64,000 nucleotides of DNA from Lingula anatina (lineage: Eukaryota; Animalia; Brachiopoda). The notes under the pieces were generated by a model. That model did no database searches. It saw only the letters and a program-made list of their open reading frames with translations, and was not told the DNA's origin. The stretch lies in contig CM120642.1 of the NCBI GenBank assembly GCA_051362555.1, positions 12,214,001 through 12,278,000 of the forward strand, given 5' to 3'. The position numbers and the translations under genes were made by a program. Below are positions 26,111 to 52,645 of this stretch, one piece after another (position 1 is the first letter of the stretch; each line of letters begins with the position of its first letter).

Positions 26111-27205
26111 GTGTGAGAGATTGAAGTCTCAAACGATCATTGTTTTAGGCCAGTACAGCAGGTTAGTCAACACACATTCTTTAGATATTTTACAAAGAAT
26201 ATATCTCTATGTTTAAATAGGAAACGTTTCACAGTTAATGTTATGTAAAGTTAAACTTGAGTGGCGAAATTAACAGTCCATATGTTGGATAGCCACGATA
26301 GATCGGTTTGACTTCATTGTGTTTTCATCTTCTTTTTGCAGTTGTATATTGTCCATTCCAACTTACCATTTAAAGACAATAACCTGATTAATTTCTGGTG
26401 CAGGTCTTGACACGAGATATTGTGTATTTTGACCATTGAGTTCCTTTCCCTGTGTGACCTAAGTTTGAAGCAAAAGATTGGATATTGGAGGATCATTAAT
26501 GAATCTCTGCAATGGAAATGTGAAAATTTATACAATATGTAATGGATTGCCCAAGATGACCCATTTCCTTCATATTTTTTATTTGATTAAAATTCAAACC
26601 CTGCTTACTCACTCAGGTAGGCTGTGTTCAGATTAAAAGTTATCGGTCCAGCAGGATCAATCTGTAATCAGCTTAATTGTCTAGTACGTCTCAAAGCAAA
26701 ATGAACAACATCATAGACCACATAGCTTTTCCAACTTCACTCAAGTACTTTAAAGTCTTACTGTGTTCTAAAAAATGTGAAATGTTCTATTAACAGCATA
26801 AATGCTTTAAATTAACAACAAAAAATTTTGAACTCAGAAAAGGGGGTACTTTTAATTGACAAAATTCTGATTTACTAGGTGTGACAGACATTTAAGCCGG
26901 TCAATTTGACAGCAATTTAGTGAGACTCCCTAAGGAGACAGACCGATTCAAATATCTGTGGGAAGTCGAGCTGACAGCAATTTAGTGAGACTCCCCAGGG
27001 AGATAGATTGATCCAAATATCTGTGGAAATGGTCCCCATGCTGAGCAGGCCCTACAATATTAACACATTTAGGTTCAGAATTACTTGTTAACACAGTTAA
27101 CACAATATTTTAGTCACTTCATTGTGTTAACACAAATTCAGTTACTAAAACAGAATATTGAAACAAAAAGCATGTGTTAAACTCTGAAGAACATTTCAGG
27201 AATAG

Positions 27206-39727
<12,522 letters not shown>

Positions 39728-39889
39728 ATGGAGGAACTCAGTGGAACCAGCCAGTAGAAGAAACCCATGTAATCTATAAAAGATGATAAACGTAAATTGA
39801 TGCATTTTATGGGGGCATTTGTCAACAGTGCCAGGATCATTTGGAAATATTTATTGTTTAAAGAGACTGGTTGAAAAATTATACAAATA

Positions 39890-40096
39890 CAGGATGTTCC
39901 AAAAATGTACTCACTCTTTGCTTGCCCATAATGAAATATTTATGTTTTGATTTGCAAGTTCAATGATTTTAATTGAAGAAATTAACATCAGAATAATAAC
40001 ATAAAAACATAGCAACATGAAAACTAAAATAATCTCAAAAACAAAAATAAGTTAGAAATTGGCATTTAAAGAGTTGGTACATTTCAGGACACACTG
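39890..40096. mobile_element. Tc1/mariner-like MITE relic downstream of the ABCE1 stop
   Basis: TA|caggatgttccaaaaatgtactcactcttt ... aaagagttggtacatttcaggacacactg: imperfect TIRs with CAG/CTG ends. Confidence 0.6.
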
Positions 40097-40878
40097 TGTA
40101 GTAAGTGAATGTTTGTTTGCCTTGTCTGTGTCGTTTTCAAATAATGTAACCTGGTCAGGGTAAGGAAAATAAAAACTTTGAATTAATTTTATTGACAATT
40201 ATAACATGGTGTGGACCACTAAAGGGGACCTGCATCCTAAACATGTCGACCTCACCAAGCCTTAGTACAATTAGACCGTTATGTTTAGTAAGTCATCATG
40301 AAGTCTCGTGGAAGAAGAAAGATACTGAATTTTGTTTATCTTTTTGTTATTTTCGACCGCTATATGCAGTGTTTATTGAAAATTACAAATGAAAAATTGT
40401 AACAAAGAAAGTAACATCTTGGAATATGGTGTGGATTTTTGATTCTTTGAGTTTTATTTTCAAGATTTTGGGTTCAAAACTCTGGCTGATTTTTTTTCTA
40501 CAAAACCAACATGCTGCCTGCGTCACAAAAACTGTCATAAAGAGAGTTTCATACCGGCTGTCTTAAATTAAAACTAGTATCTGAAGTAATTCGCTATTGT
40601 GCACAACAAAATGATAACATTAACAACCCTAGGCAGAGCACGGTGGTAAGTCACTTTTATCCTGTACCCGCTCTCTGGTACCGTCCGGCATATAGCATTT
40701 CGTGCTGATGATACAGGGTTTCCAAAGCTGCTTGAAACACAGGGTGCAATATCTGAGCAATATTTTAAATGGGTAACCTGACGAAACTATTTTGCTTTCA
40801 TAGCAGGTGTCGATGGGTTGCATTTGCCAAGACTGAGCAATGGCCTATGTACAAGCACCTGCAGGTTCTGGTCATCGG

Positions 40879-41163
40879 TTAAAGGGCAAGTGCAAGGGGT
40901 TTCCTGAATTCTCAACAATATTTAGTTGTTTAATACCCCCCAAAAATATTGATTTTCAAGCCCGAAAACGTCGTCATTCTTTTATCTTGGTTTAATTCGA
41001 ACGACTGTGTACATGTATCCCTTGCATTTCCGTTTTGTGCTGTTTTCGAGCTTCAACTTTTCATAACCTAAAATGCTTCAACGTGACTCGGAATGTAAGG
41101 ACGGGTTATTACAAGCGAATAGGGGACTGATGATTGTTTTAAGCCCGTGTACTGCCCATTTAA
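40879..41163. mobile_element. TTAA-flanked (Kolobok-like) MITE relic
   Basis: ttaaagggcaagtgca ... tgtactgcccatttaa imperfect inverted ends. Confidence 0.5.
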
Positions 41164-41796
41164 GTAAGATTATTTATGGGGCCATCATTGCAGCAACAGA
41201 CGTGTGTATAACCTTTTATAAGCAAGGAAAATGCATTTTTTTCGTGTAAAAAAGAAATGATTAAAATGGGAGAATATTTCAGATTTGAAAAATGTGGTGT
41301 TCCTCCCCCTAATTGCATTCTCTGATTCCATTCCTGCTTGTATATACATAACAGTGTTGTAATATGCAAAAGGTACTCTGCCGCTAGCTATTAAAATCTC
41401 CGTTGTAAATTGCTTTGCCAGTATCACTGAGATAAGAACGGGACTAACTCCTTTCATGTCGAAGCCAAAAGCACTTTTGATTTCGTTTGTACAGGGCTAT
41501 ACTGCTCTCTCGGTCAATTTTCTTCTTAGGGCATTAAATAAGCATTCGTTACCGCCTGCACTTTATCAGTCCATGAAAATATGCTTTCTGCAGGTCGTAA
41601 ATAGAAATGTATTTGCACTCCTGTTAACAGTCGCTTAGTACAGATAAATTACCTGATACTGTAGATAGTTAATTTAGTTTCGAAGCCTTACTCAACGATA
41701 GGCGACTGTGTTCTTTTAGCTTGGTTAAGGATATTCGCTTTGCCAATAATAAGCTTAAATCTCGCCACAAATCTTTCCGACTACTTGAATAAAATG

Positions 41797-41799
41797 TAT

Positions 41800-41838
<39 letters not shown>

Positions 41839-41840
41839 TT
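41797..41840. repeat. (TTTA)n microsatellite
   Basis: Direct reading. Confidence 0.9.
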
Positions 41841-42681
41841 GCATTTGTGTAAACTCGTGAAAAGATCTATTTGGGTTTAGAGTAGTTTATTATTGCACAA
41901 GCCGTAGCGTATTCAAAACTGTATGTTCAAAAATAGTTTGTCCAAGTATCCAAAGCCAGAGCCCTAGCTTATTTCTAATGTCTCCGTGCCACAAGATAGA
42001 GCCAAGGGTCATCTGTCCAGGTTGACCCGTATATCAGTATGACACTGATGTCGTCCCTATCCATTTAGGACATTGCTGCACGTAGAACATGAATAACTGT
42101 GCACACAATTGGGCCACTGGTGAACAAGAGTCCTCACAATAAATGCCTATTTTATGTCGCATGAGCTGGCTTATAAAGGTGTAAATGTGTTGTAAACTCT
42201 TATTTATATCTCAAATTTTACTCACCCTGAGTTTCATAACGTATTTAGATTTGTTATCAGCTTGAGGACGTAATTTAACGTCCTCAATCTGAAACTCGGG
42301 ATAATTTAAATCGACTTGGCTTAGAAATGTCAAAGAATTTCATAGAACTGACGATCTCTAGCCCGAATACGCATTCCGTCCTCGATGTTGAGATCAGAAA
42401 CTGCTATCGCATGTACTGATAGACTGTACAACTCAGGGTGATTTTGGGGATTTCCTGTGGATAAGGTGACGGATGAAAATAAATACTTTTTAAAAGTAAA
42501 TCAGCCAAGTCAATGTAAGAGGATGTCTATAGGGTTACTTGATATTGCACGTGGAACGCACTGATATCCAATTTGGTTAAATTGATGAAATTCGATACTC
42601 ACAGACAATTAATTCATGTATGTATATACATCATAGAATAAAATAAATATGTGCATACAGGTGCGTTAACGTATTTAACGC

Positions 42682-43180
42682 TTAAAATCGAATAGGAATT
42701 CCTTTAGACGCGTTTAATAAATTTGCCAACCACTGGTTGCTATCGTCCAAGTAGACATCCTCCATAGGAAGACCGCTAGCACCCGTCCTCTTTTTCCTTT
42801 TCATGAATTCGGAAAATATATCATTGAGCACCACCCATAAAGCGGGTTCCACCCTTGCAACGATTGTCTCCAAGTCTTTCCTATACTTAAACTTGATCAC
42901 AGCTGGAGAAACCTGGTCCCTGTCCTGGAAATCTATTCTAGGATTCTGGCACTCTGGGAATTCGTTTGGCCATAGTTGTCGAAATACGGAGTACGTCAGA
43001 AGTCCGGAGTCTTTACGTAGGAGAGGGTGGTAGTTGAAGGCTCCTACTGCATATATTGCCACTGTCCCCCCATAGGGTAGTGGAGGAAGCGCCATGTACC
43101 GAGTGGCTATCTCTTCATCCGTTGGGATGCGACCGTCGCTGGGAAATGGGTCGAGTAATACATCTCCATTGGTCATTTTG
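42682..43180 (-). CDS. Terminal coding exon of an unidentified gene (at least 164 aa)
   Basis: GC-elevated 164-codon ORF preceded by acceptor ttatttccag|C AAA ATG. A phase-compatible open exon lies at ~44167-44270 (IQLKPTVLTWIEVFRRKEKGSTGIWEPCRDEKTL, donor gtaagt). Family not recognised. Confidence 0.55.
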
Positions 43181-43223
43181 CTGGAAATAATGTGTAACCT
43201 CAGTCATTGCTCATGCATGTTTT

Positions 43224-43228
43224 ACACA

Positions 43229-43270
<42 letters not shown>
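43224..43270. repeat. Compound (CA)n(GA)n microsatellite
   Basis: Direct reading. Confidence 0.9.
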
Positions 43271-46200
43271 TGTGAGAGTCAATCCCGTGAGAAAGGATCA
43301 TTACAAACCTTGTACTCAGATAATATCCACCTCAGTGTATTTCATAGTTCGCATGTTCCGATTTCTTGGCTGGCCTACACAGGTCTTTAAATAAAGTAGG
43401 TAACAAGACATTAAGGCGAAAATAAAACAATTCACTTACGTTTTAGCGTTACCTTTTTCATACTATTTGTTGAACATATACTTCAATTGTTTTGAGGTTT
43501 GTATAACTTCTTTTCAAATTCCCGTTGCATGGGCCGATATTTTTAGGAACCCGTTCCACTCTTAATCGACATTTTATTCTGGATTTAATGGCACAATACT
43601 TATCGCAATGTAGTTATTCAATTGGTAAATGTTGGGGGAAAACATTGCCTAAGCACAGGCTATATATAGTCACAATCTATATAATGGTCACAACACCTGT
43701 AATTCACATTAACCAACACAACAGATACAGCGATGGGGACTGTGGGCTTGCAGTAGGCCGCCTTGGCAACCCTGAGTTTCAAAGGACTGACATTGAAAAC
43801 TTGCATCTCTTTGCTGTAACATATGCCGCTACCGATGCGACGGATAGCGTGTGCGGGGAAATCGCCGCAGTCAGTACGCCGAGTTCATAAATTCAGGTAT
43901 AGGTTTTCGAGATCCTAATTTTATACGGGGTCGGGAAGGGGGTGGGTCGGGGATTTTTATGAGTAAATACCTGTACTTTCCATGGAAAATCTGTATGTAA
44001 AGGACATTTTAAAGTTTTAAATTTCAGTTGGGGGGGGGGGGGGGGGAGCACATTTCCGTATATTGCCTACGCCTGGTGATACTAGTTAACGTGAATCCTG
44101 CCATTACACCTGACAGACATGTATTCTTTAAAAAGACATTTCTGTAATTACTTCAGATTACTTACCAAAGCGTCTTTTCATCCCTACATGGTTCCCATAT
44201 TCCTGTGGACCCTTTTTCTTTCTGCGAAACACTTCTATCCACGTCAGCACACTGTAGGCTTAAGTTGTATCTGAGGAAATGACTGAGTTAATACGTTTCA
44301 TGACCCTAGATAAAAAGCCAAAAGTTAACCGCAGCACTGAGTGAGTTAAATCAAGCTTCAGTGATACAGGGGGCGTTTCAAGAACAGGCGATATGCCATG
44401 ATAGGCGACTATACCAATGTCGACTTTAAAGAACATAGCCGTACATTATTTCGGTCACTCTGTGTATCGAATAAAAACGCATAAATGAAGATTGAATACT
44501 GCTATTCTCTTATGTCCCAAAAGGTCCCCAAATAGTTCACCCTATACTAGATTATGGCTAGTTTGGTATATCATTTCAACTATAAAATACTACAACTTTC
44601 ACGCAGAGGTGCTGTGCAGTCTTCTCCCATTTATTTATGTTTACAAACATGTCATTACACCTGTTAGGTATATACCTCCTCTGAGTTGACATACCTGATG
44701 GTTTACGCTTTGTGAGCACCATGTATTTCATGTCAAGACAACCTCCTGCCTTATCGTTCTAAAAATGCGTCGAATAGCAAGTAATGAATACTGTGCGTGA
44801 CAAAAGCATTTATTGAATGGTGGTGAACTAGGCATGCGTATCGAGACGGAGTAAAGAAGACGCTTCTCTTTGGAGCAAGAGATGGCCATCAGTACCAGTA
44901 ATGAGAAAGGTGTCACCAAGAGTCCTCGGTTGACAATGCGGGTTTACAAACGCTCTTTTCCTTGGACGACCGTGATTATTTGGAATTTGACTGTGGTAAT
45001 ATACAGTATGTACCTCAGTCATTCTTTGCTAGTGGTGCACTGCAGGGGGGCCATAACAAGAATGTTATTTAAATTTAGATAGCCAACCAAATTCTCATGA
45101 CATCGTTGTGTATCTTTCAATAACAAATCAAAGAAGCTGCATGAGCAAGGAGGATGTTGTTATAAAAGCAAAAAAATAGAAAAAGCAGAAAATATATCGA
45201 AATAACCCTCAAAATGGCGTCCTTTTTGTGGAATTTTGACCCTACCTCTATTTAAGAACAGTTTGTTTAGGGTTTGAATGGATTATTGAAGCAGGAAATA
45301 CATCTACTGCAAGAAGATATAATAAACAGAATGTGCAAATTGTTATTTAAATAAAAATTTATTTGAAGTCACTGAAAAATGATCACAAAATTAGCTTAAC
45401 TTACGATACATGCGGTGTCCCACCCCGATGAAAATTTCATCTAATCCTATCTTTCCGTATTAAAACTGTTCAATCGTCCAAAGTAGTATGTCGGTTAGTT
45501 TGTGTCACGAAGTCCATGATAATATCAGTTTTCTTAAGAATTTCACATTTATTGCTCAGCAAGGTCGATTTTTCTTCACCGCGTCCCAATATAACGTTCG
45601 CAACGCTGAAACTTCAGAGATCGATTTTTATCAGACGACTTTAAAATGCCGCGTGAAAATTATACATCGATAGCGATCTTCTTCCATACTCACTAACTGA
45701 TGACGTCTTACACACGAATGGCTTCTTTTGCACACTAAAAAAAACCAGCTCAAACTGGCGGGTGGCCCATTCTGATAACATATCACGCAATGACGCTGTC
45801 GAGATAGGATGCAGGGCACAGGTGTAATTCCCTCGATTTAACCGTCACAGGATTGTTTATTGGGATCTTCTTTGTATGAAGGTGAGAAATAATGAGTTTC
45901 GTTTCATTTTTCTTCAATTGTTTCAACATATTTGTGTACCGATTGATTTTTACCATTCTATAAGTAGGGTGACTTCGTCTGAACTTTCGTTTTGCATCTG
46001 TTTCACATGGGGGACTAAAGGTCATATTGAACATGGTGACGCGGTGATACCGTATTCATGTTCTCTTGTTCTCGAAAACTCAATCATCGAAATTGAATTA
46101 CTTTTTTTAGTTTTGTCTTAAATTAAGCTGCTACACTGTATTCCGTGCGTTTAAAATTTAACCGTCTGTAAAAACAGCAATAATGGATTACTAGCAACAC

Positions 46201-48162
46201 TTACGTTACGCAATGAAGCACCGAAAATGGGTGAAGAAAATGTGTCTCAGTAATGCGTGTTTGCCACTCATAATGCACTGTACTTTGTTTGAATAAGCAA
46301 TAAACTATTTGTGATCTTAGGTTATCCATTGTTCGTTATCAGAGTTAACAGATTCTTTGTGTGAATTTTTTTCAGAATCCCAAGAGTGGATGCCTTAGTG
46401 AGCACAGAACAGATATCACCATTGGTCTACATATGTCAGGAAGAATGTTATAATTATGAACTTTGTGTTACACTGAACTTCATTTTGTTAAATTTTGTAT
46501 TTAACTGAACTTTATTGTGTTAAAATAATAATAAAAAAATAATAGTTCTGATAAAAAACTACAATCTGGAACATTCTTTAGATCAACTTTGTTCAGTGTG
46601 TGTCCCATATGACAGAGTTACAGTAAATAAAATATGTGCATTATTCCTCTGTGTTTGTCAATTCCATTTTAAAAGCATGTGAAAGTGGTGTGCCCCTCAT
46701 GAATGAAGTGTGTATGGATAATAGCAAAAATATTGTTATTATTTACATGATTATAAAAAGTTTTTGTACCCGCGTCAATAACGTTACCGTGACCCACATA
46801 TTCACCATTTTTATTAATTATGAAATGTGGATTAAATTCTTCAAAACCAGTTTTGAAGCATTGAGACAACACCCCCTTATGATTTAAACTAAAACTGAAA
46901 ACATTCCATTAGACTTTCATTAGTTTGTGCAAAATCTATTACCCAGGGTAACGCGTCTTGGATTTGGTGGGTATAGCTGTTCAACTGTCCTGTGTGCCCT
47001 AAAAAGGGCAGCTGCTGTTTCCCTTTTTATGAAATGATAAACTGTGATGGTGTAGCTATCACATCGCAAAATTACAGCTTCCCAGAGAAAGTTTGAAATT
47101 TTCGGTCAAATTCAACATTTTGTAACCACTAGCAAAGAATGACTGACCTGTAAACGTAGATTCACTTCATAGTCTACAAAAAACATTCGACATCGTCCTT
47201 GTATAATAATTTCCCGACTAAGGGGACTTGCCCCCACCCCCACCCCACTTACACATAAACACACACACCTCTTATTTTTTTAACCAATGTATTCACACAA
47301 AAAATAACGCTGTGGCACACTTGATAAATCTAAAATCTATTAATAACTTAAAACAAGATATGACCTCAGCAAGTAAGTAAAACTGGGAACATGCAGGGAA
47401 AGCATGTTACTCATTTCCTGTGCCACGTTTCAAAGAAACAAAAACGCACTGCTGCAGTACGGCAAAACTGAATCATTAGACTAATAGGTAGTGTTTTTGC
47501 AAGGGAGCATAAGACTAATTATGTAAACTAAAAGGAATCGGAATAACAAGGGGAAACACAAAAAGGACTTGTTTTAGAACTATGATCAGTATGAGAGGTT
47601 GTTCTGAATAAAAACAAAAGACTATATCTTTAAAAAAGTGGAAATGCTACTTAAAATACACACACACACACACACACATTGGATTTTTTTAAAAGGAAAA
47701 CGAAAAAAATAGGTCAAGAGCGAAATTCTAAAATAGGATATTAAAATGGTGAAATATACTGGCCTATGTATATGGGTGAAAAGTGAATTGGAGTGCGAAA
47801 AGGTTGAAGTGATTTTTCTACTGATTTTCCTGTACACTAATCCATATGGTCGCAGTAATAGTAATAATAATAATAATAATAATGATTTTATTAACGTCTC
47901 ACCTTTTAAATAAATAAAACCCACCCTACTAAGAGTTATGAGAGACTAAAAGCTGTGCTACTGCATTTAACATTCATAGAAGTTCATTAAAATTGTTACT
48001 TATCAATAAAATACATAAAAAAGATATTATAAATAAAAGTTTTCAAACATTCTCTTTGTTGTAAGCTTTGCTTCTTTTCCACATCATTGCGTGTACTTTT
48101 TTCGCTGTATAAAATTGTATTTGCTCGTTTCGTAGAGACCCTGCGCGTGAAAGAGAGAGAAA

Positions 48163-48650
48163 GGGAAATCCCCTAGTCAGCTGACCTCACCTCTGTTTTT
48201 AGTCACAGAAAGACGCGGGATTTTGCCACCTGGCAGTTAGTGCAAGTATACTCACAGGTATGATTGAAGCAAGTCTATTCTTAAACAAGGCGTTTGATTA
48301 GTTTCGTTGCTGAATATATTTCTAGGAATGTTAACTGTCTGTTACATAGAACGAACTTGCGTTAGTTGCAATTTAGATAAAACGACGCACATAACCGATG
48401 AGGTGTGTAGGCCTACATGAATATCTGTGAGTGTCCATTATACCTAGTGCCTAGAGAGGATATGCGATTAGGTATGTACTATATGTACAATAATGTGTAT
48501 ATGATATATTTACACCAAAGAAACAGCGGTTGCTACTCATGGCATTGTACAACAAACGTTTTTGTTCAGCAAGACAAGAAACAAAATGGCAGATATGACT
48601 CTATTCCAATGCAAATGAGGTCGCATTTATTTGCAGACGGGGGATTCCCC
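48163..48650 (+). promoter_or_regulatory. kappaB-type sites around the probable first exon of the TNIP-like gene
   Basis: GGGAAATCCC (48163-48172) and GGGGATTCCC (48640-48649) fit GGGRNWYYCC. Octamer ATGCAAAT at 48609-48616. Candidate non-coding exon donor cag|gtatga at 48257/48258. Confidence 0.55.
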
Positions 48651-49093
48651 TTTTATTGTTGAATGTAACCATACCTATAGCAAGAAAGATTTGTTTTAGC
48701 ATACACTTTCGATACCAGCGGAAATAATGCACTGTGTTCTTGGTAATGAGAGTGAAATTGTAAAACAATTTGTTCGCGAGAAGATAGTCTTATTGAATCT
48801 TCAAATAGTTTTACTGAAAAATATTCATGAAGAATCAATTCTATCCCAACAGTTCATGTTGTAACAGGAGGAGGGAAATTGCATCAGAAGAGGTATAAGT
48901 ATAACCAAAGAGTGAGTAGAAATTACCGACAGCGTCAGTTGTGACCCAATCTGGACGAAACCGTCTACAGGATTGGAAAGTAAGGATCTAATCATCATGA
49001 ATATTTTTTTTTACTAGAATGAAGTTTCAAGGAGGAAAACTCAATGGGACTAAGTGAAAGTGCATGTAGTAAAGGATCAACCATCGAGAAACT

Positions 49094-51257
49094 ATGATGT
49101 CAAAAGATGAGAGTTTGCCCAAGCCAAAGCCGAGGACTCTTCAAAATGAAAGGGGACATATTGATATCACATCTCTGTCCATGGAAGACTTTATCTTCCC
49201 AGACATTGAAGAAAATACGTCGCCGTCAAAAGATGGTCAAGTTATCCATTCAAAGGTAAATGACTTCAGTATTACAGTTAGTTAATAAATGATGTTTCTT
49301 AGGCTTGAGAGTCTTTCATATTTTGTTGAACGCGGGGTCAGGCATGTGGCCTGGGAATGAAAGGGGAACCTATTTCATTTTGCTTAAAAGGACCCAATGT
49401 AGAAGTGCAAATGCGGTTACGGGCTTGCTCTTAAAAATATTAAGTTCACAGATTGCAAACTATGATGGATTATTTTAGAGTCCCACATGAAGAAGTTTGA
49501 AGAAGAATGAAGAAGAAGTTTGTATTAAAGTTTCACTCTCCTGCAACCATGAGTAATAAAAATAATTCATCGTCTAATCCCCAAAAAGGAACATACGTTA
49601 CTGTCACAAATGCAAAAAGTCCAGCTGTGAAACATTTTACTTACTTTGAAAATTCAATCATCACTGGTCTTGTTCTTAATCTCCTACAAGTATAACGTTT
49701 TTGAAAATTAAATACAACTTTGAATTCATTCAATTTTATTTTTTGGACGCTTCAGCATGTGAAATGCACCACAGCATTGGGTTTGGGTGTAAGGAGTAGC
49801 AGTGTCCATCGGTCGTCAGTTGACGTCGGCTGGACGTTTTTCGGTATAAGTACATGCTTTATTACTACTTTTTCGCAATTAAGAAATGAATAACATGAAA
49901 AGCAATAAGGCCTTTTATGTATATTTAACAGTTATACTTTTTTTGCTTCAGAGCGATACCGAAGAACCAGGATATAGGATTGAAGCGCAAGAGAGAGAAC
50001 CAGAACTAAAAGGCAGTAGAAAAGACGATGGCCAGACCCTGGACCTTGATTTACGAAAATCAAAACAGCAACTCTCAGAAACTGCAGCACTGTGCAGAGA
50101 CTTGGCTGATAAATTAGATCGTGGATACCATAAGCGGGTATGTGTCCAAGTCTTGAATCATTGGGCCTACGTGTATTTATTAACTAGTATCTCGACCGAT
50201 AATGATTTATCGCGCTCAGTAAACAGGAAATTTTCGTTTTGTTTAAGTTATATATCCGATATATAATATAAGGTGAATATGAACACAGGACTATACGACT
50301 TCCCCAGCTATTCGATGGAGTGAAATTGAAGATGTGATGTGTGTATTTATTTTACCCAATAGTTTACCCGACTTGTTTTATTTAAGAAACAGGCTGCAAA
50401 AGAGCAGAGTCGATTAGTAACTGAGAACGAACGCTTGAAACAACAATTGAAAGAGGTAGGTTGATATTCTATTCCAAAATTTAGATATTATGTGTTTTGT
50501 TTTTTCTTTACATATTACCATCAATATATTAGACAGAAAATAATAAGCATACATGGTGTATTTAGTTTAGTCTCAAGGCAGACTCATTTCTAAATTGGTT
50601 GTTTTCCATTTTAAAGTTCGTGGGTGTTGAATTTTGGATACTTACATCCAGCACTGTACTAAAATTATTCAAAATCTTTCAACTTTTCTGATAAATGCAG
50701 GTTATCGAAGCCAATTTGCGATGGCAAAAGTATGACGAAGAAAGGGAAAACTTTGTGAAAAATGAACTTAAAAGCAGAAAAACTCACAATTTCGCCAATG
50801 GAGTGTCCGGAGCCAGCCTGACAGATGAACAACAAAAAGAAGTTGACAAAATTCTTCTCAACGCGAAAGCGAAAATATCATCAGTAGAAGAGGAAAATGA
50901 AAAGGTCAGTACCCCCGTATTTGTAACACGTTGGATCACCTCTTTCGTTTGTTGTGATGTCGTCAATATACCATAACCTTGCTTTTAATTTCGTTGTAGT
51001 TACAGGACTCCATTAGAGAACTTCGACTCATTATTCACCGGAAGGATCAGGAGATAGAGAAACTTAAGAATGCCGGAATCCGACAGGATCGCCACCAGTC
51101 TTCCCATGACGATGAATATGTCAGTATCCTGCGAGAACAAATCCGCGCCGTGACCGAAGACTTTGAGGCCGAGAGACGAGACCGCGAGGCAGCGCATTCA
51201 AAAATTGTCGAACTTGAAAATCAACTGCGACAGTTGAAGGCCAATTGCTGGCGATAA
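49094..51257 (+). CDS. TNFAIP3-interacting protein 2 (ABIN-2)/CEP55-like coiled-coil protein with EABR-like and UBAN-like motifs, ~290 aa
   Basis: Exons 49094-49255, 49952-50137, 50393(or 50387)-50455, 50701-50904, 51000-51257, all phase 0 GT-AG. Motifs VIEANLRWQKYDEERENFV (EABR-like) and LREQIRAVTEDFEAERRDREAAHSKIVELE (UBAN DFxxER). Confidence 0.8.
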
Positions 51258-51914
51258 TTTAATAAATTATTTTTCCTTTGATGCAAAATTGAATATACTG
51301 TATATAACTGCAAATGGTTTACATACTACTGTGTGCTTTATGGTTGTTCTAAACACATACTAGTAAGTAATATAGGTGTATAATCTGTACTTTTTCTTTT
51401 GAATATACATCAAATGGTGTGGGTTTTTCACCCAACCCCCAATATTTCGACAATTGAACTTAACTTCTACTTTTATTGGTTTTAAACCTTATCTACTGTA
51501 AAACAAACTCCCAAAACCCCATCAAATGGTCTAGTGAGAAGGAGGGATTCACGTGCAACCCTGTGAAAAACAATGAAATAATTTTCTTAATCCTTTCTTA
51601 AACCTTGATATCTCGATATTTTTTTCTTATGTGTTCTCAGAGCGAAAAAAATCCCATGGGGGTTGATTTTAATGATACTGTGAACCCTGTGGCTCAAATA
51701 TAAGCATTAAAAATTGGGGGTAGGGAAAGAAAATCATCTATACATTGCAATTTAAAACTCTTAATAATAGCAACAGTTATTTTCTTTTTGAGAAGAAATA
51801 CCACACCTATCTCATGATAAGTTTCCGGTATATTTATGTAGTATTGACTTACTGACCAAATGGCATTTTAGAAACTTTTTCAAGCTAATTATTATAATTA
51901 TTAAAAAAACAGCT

Positions 51915-52645
51915 CCAAAGAAACAATTCCAAAGATTCATCAATACAGTTTCAAAAGAAAGCGAGTAAAGGGGACTGGAACTGAATGTCAAGAAAACCGA
52001 ATGCATGGTTGTATCAAATAAAAAACAAATACCCAAATGCAACATCAGTGGCAAAGGAGAAAAAATTAAACAAGTATACCGATTCAAATACTACGGATTC
52101 ATGTTGACATCAGATGCGAAATGCGACACAGACATTAAGAAACGTATATCGATGTCAAAAGACACATCTAATAGGATGAGCCCAATACTAAAAAACAGAA
52201 AGATCTCCATCAACACAAAAAATAAGAACATTGAAATCCTACGTGTGGACGTCAGTACTCTTGCATGGTTGTGAATCTTGAAATATCCCTTACAAAACAA
52301 GAAATTGAAAGCTACCGAAATGTGGTGCCTATGAAGATTGTTGGGAATATCCTGGACAGAAAGAAAGACCAATGAAGAAGTGTTACTTCAGATGAAAAAA
52401 ACAAGAAAAAAATGAAATCTCTGGGCCATATCATCAGAAAAGACGGAATAGAAAAACTGGTACTCTGTGGGAAAATTGAGGGAAGAAGAAGTAGAGGAAG
52501 CTAGATTGATAGCCTTATTGCCTTCGCAACTAATCAGCAACTGTATAATAACGGGTTCATCTAATCAACTGAAAATAGTGTAAACTGGAGGATCATGATC
52601 GTCGATGATTTCGACAAGGCCTGACACATGTTGATGATGATGATT
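51915..52645 (+). mobile_element. 5'-truncated RTE-clade LINE 3' end (decayed)
   Basis: GLELNVKKTECMV, FKYYGFMLTSDAKCDTDIKKRISMSK, ATEMWCL*RLLGISWTERKTNEEVL, GHIIRK..EKLVLCGKIEGRRSRG. Ends in a (GAT)n tail. Confidence 0.9.

Noticed and set aside
26907-27030. 65-bp tandem duplication in the presumed ABCE1 5' intron
   Set aside because: Real but ordinary two-copy local duplication, with no sign of function.
45488-46887. Several short ORFs on both strands
   Set aside because: No recognisable motifs and no consistent splice-phase chain could be built.
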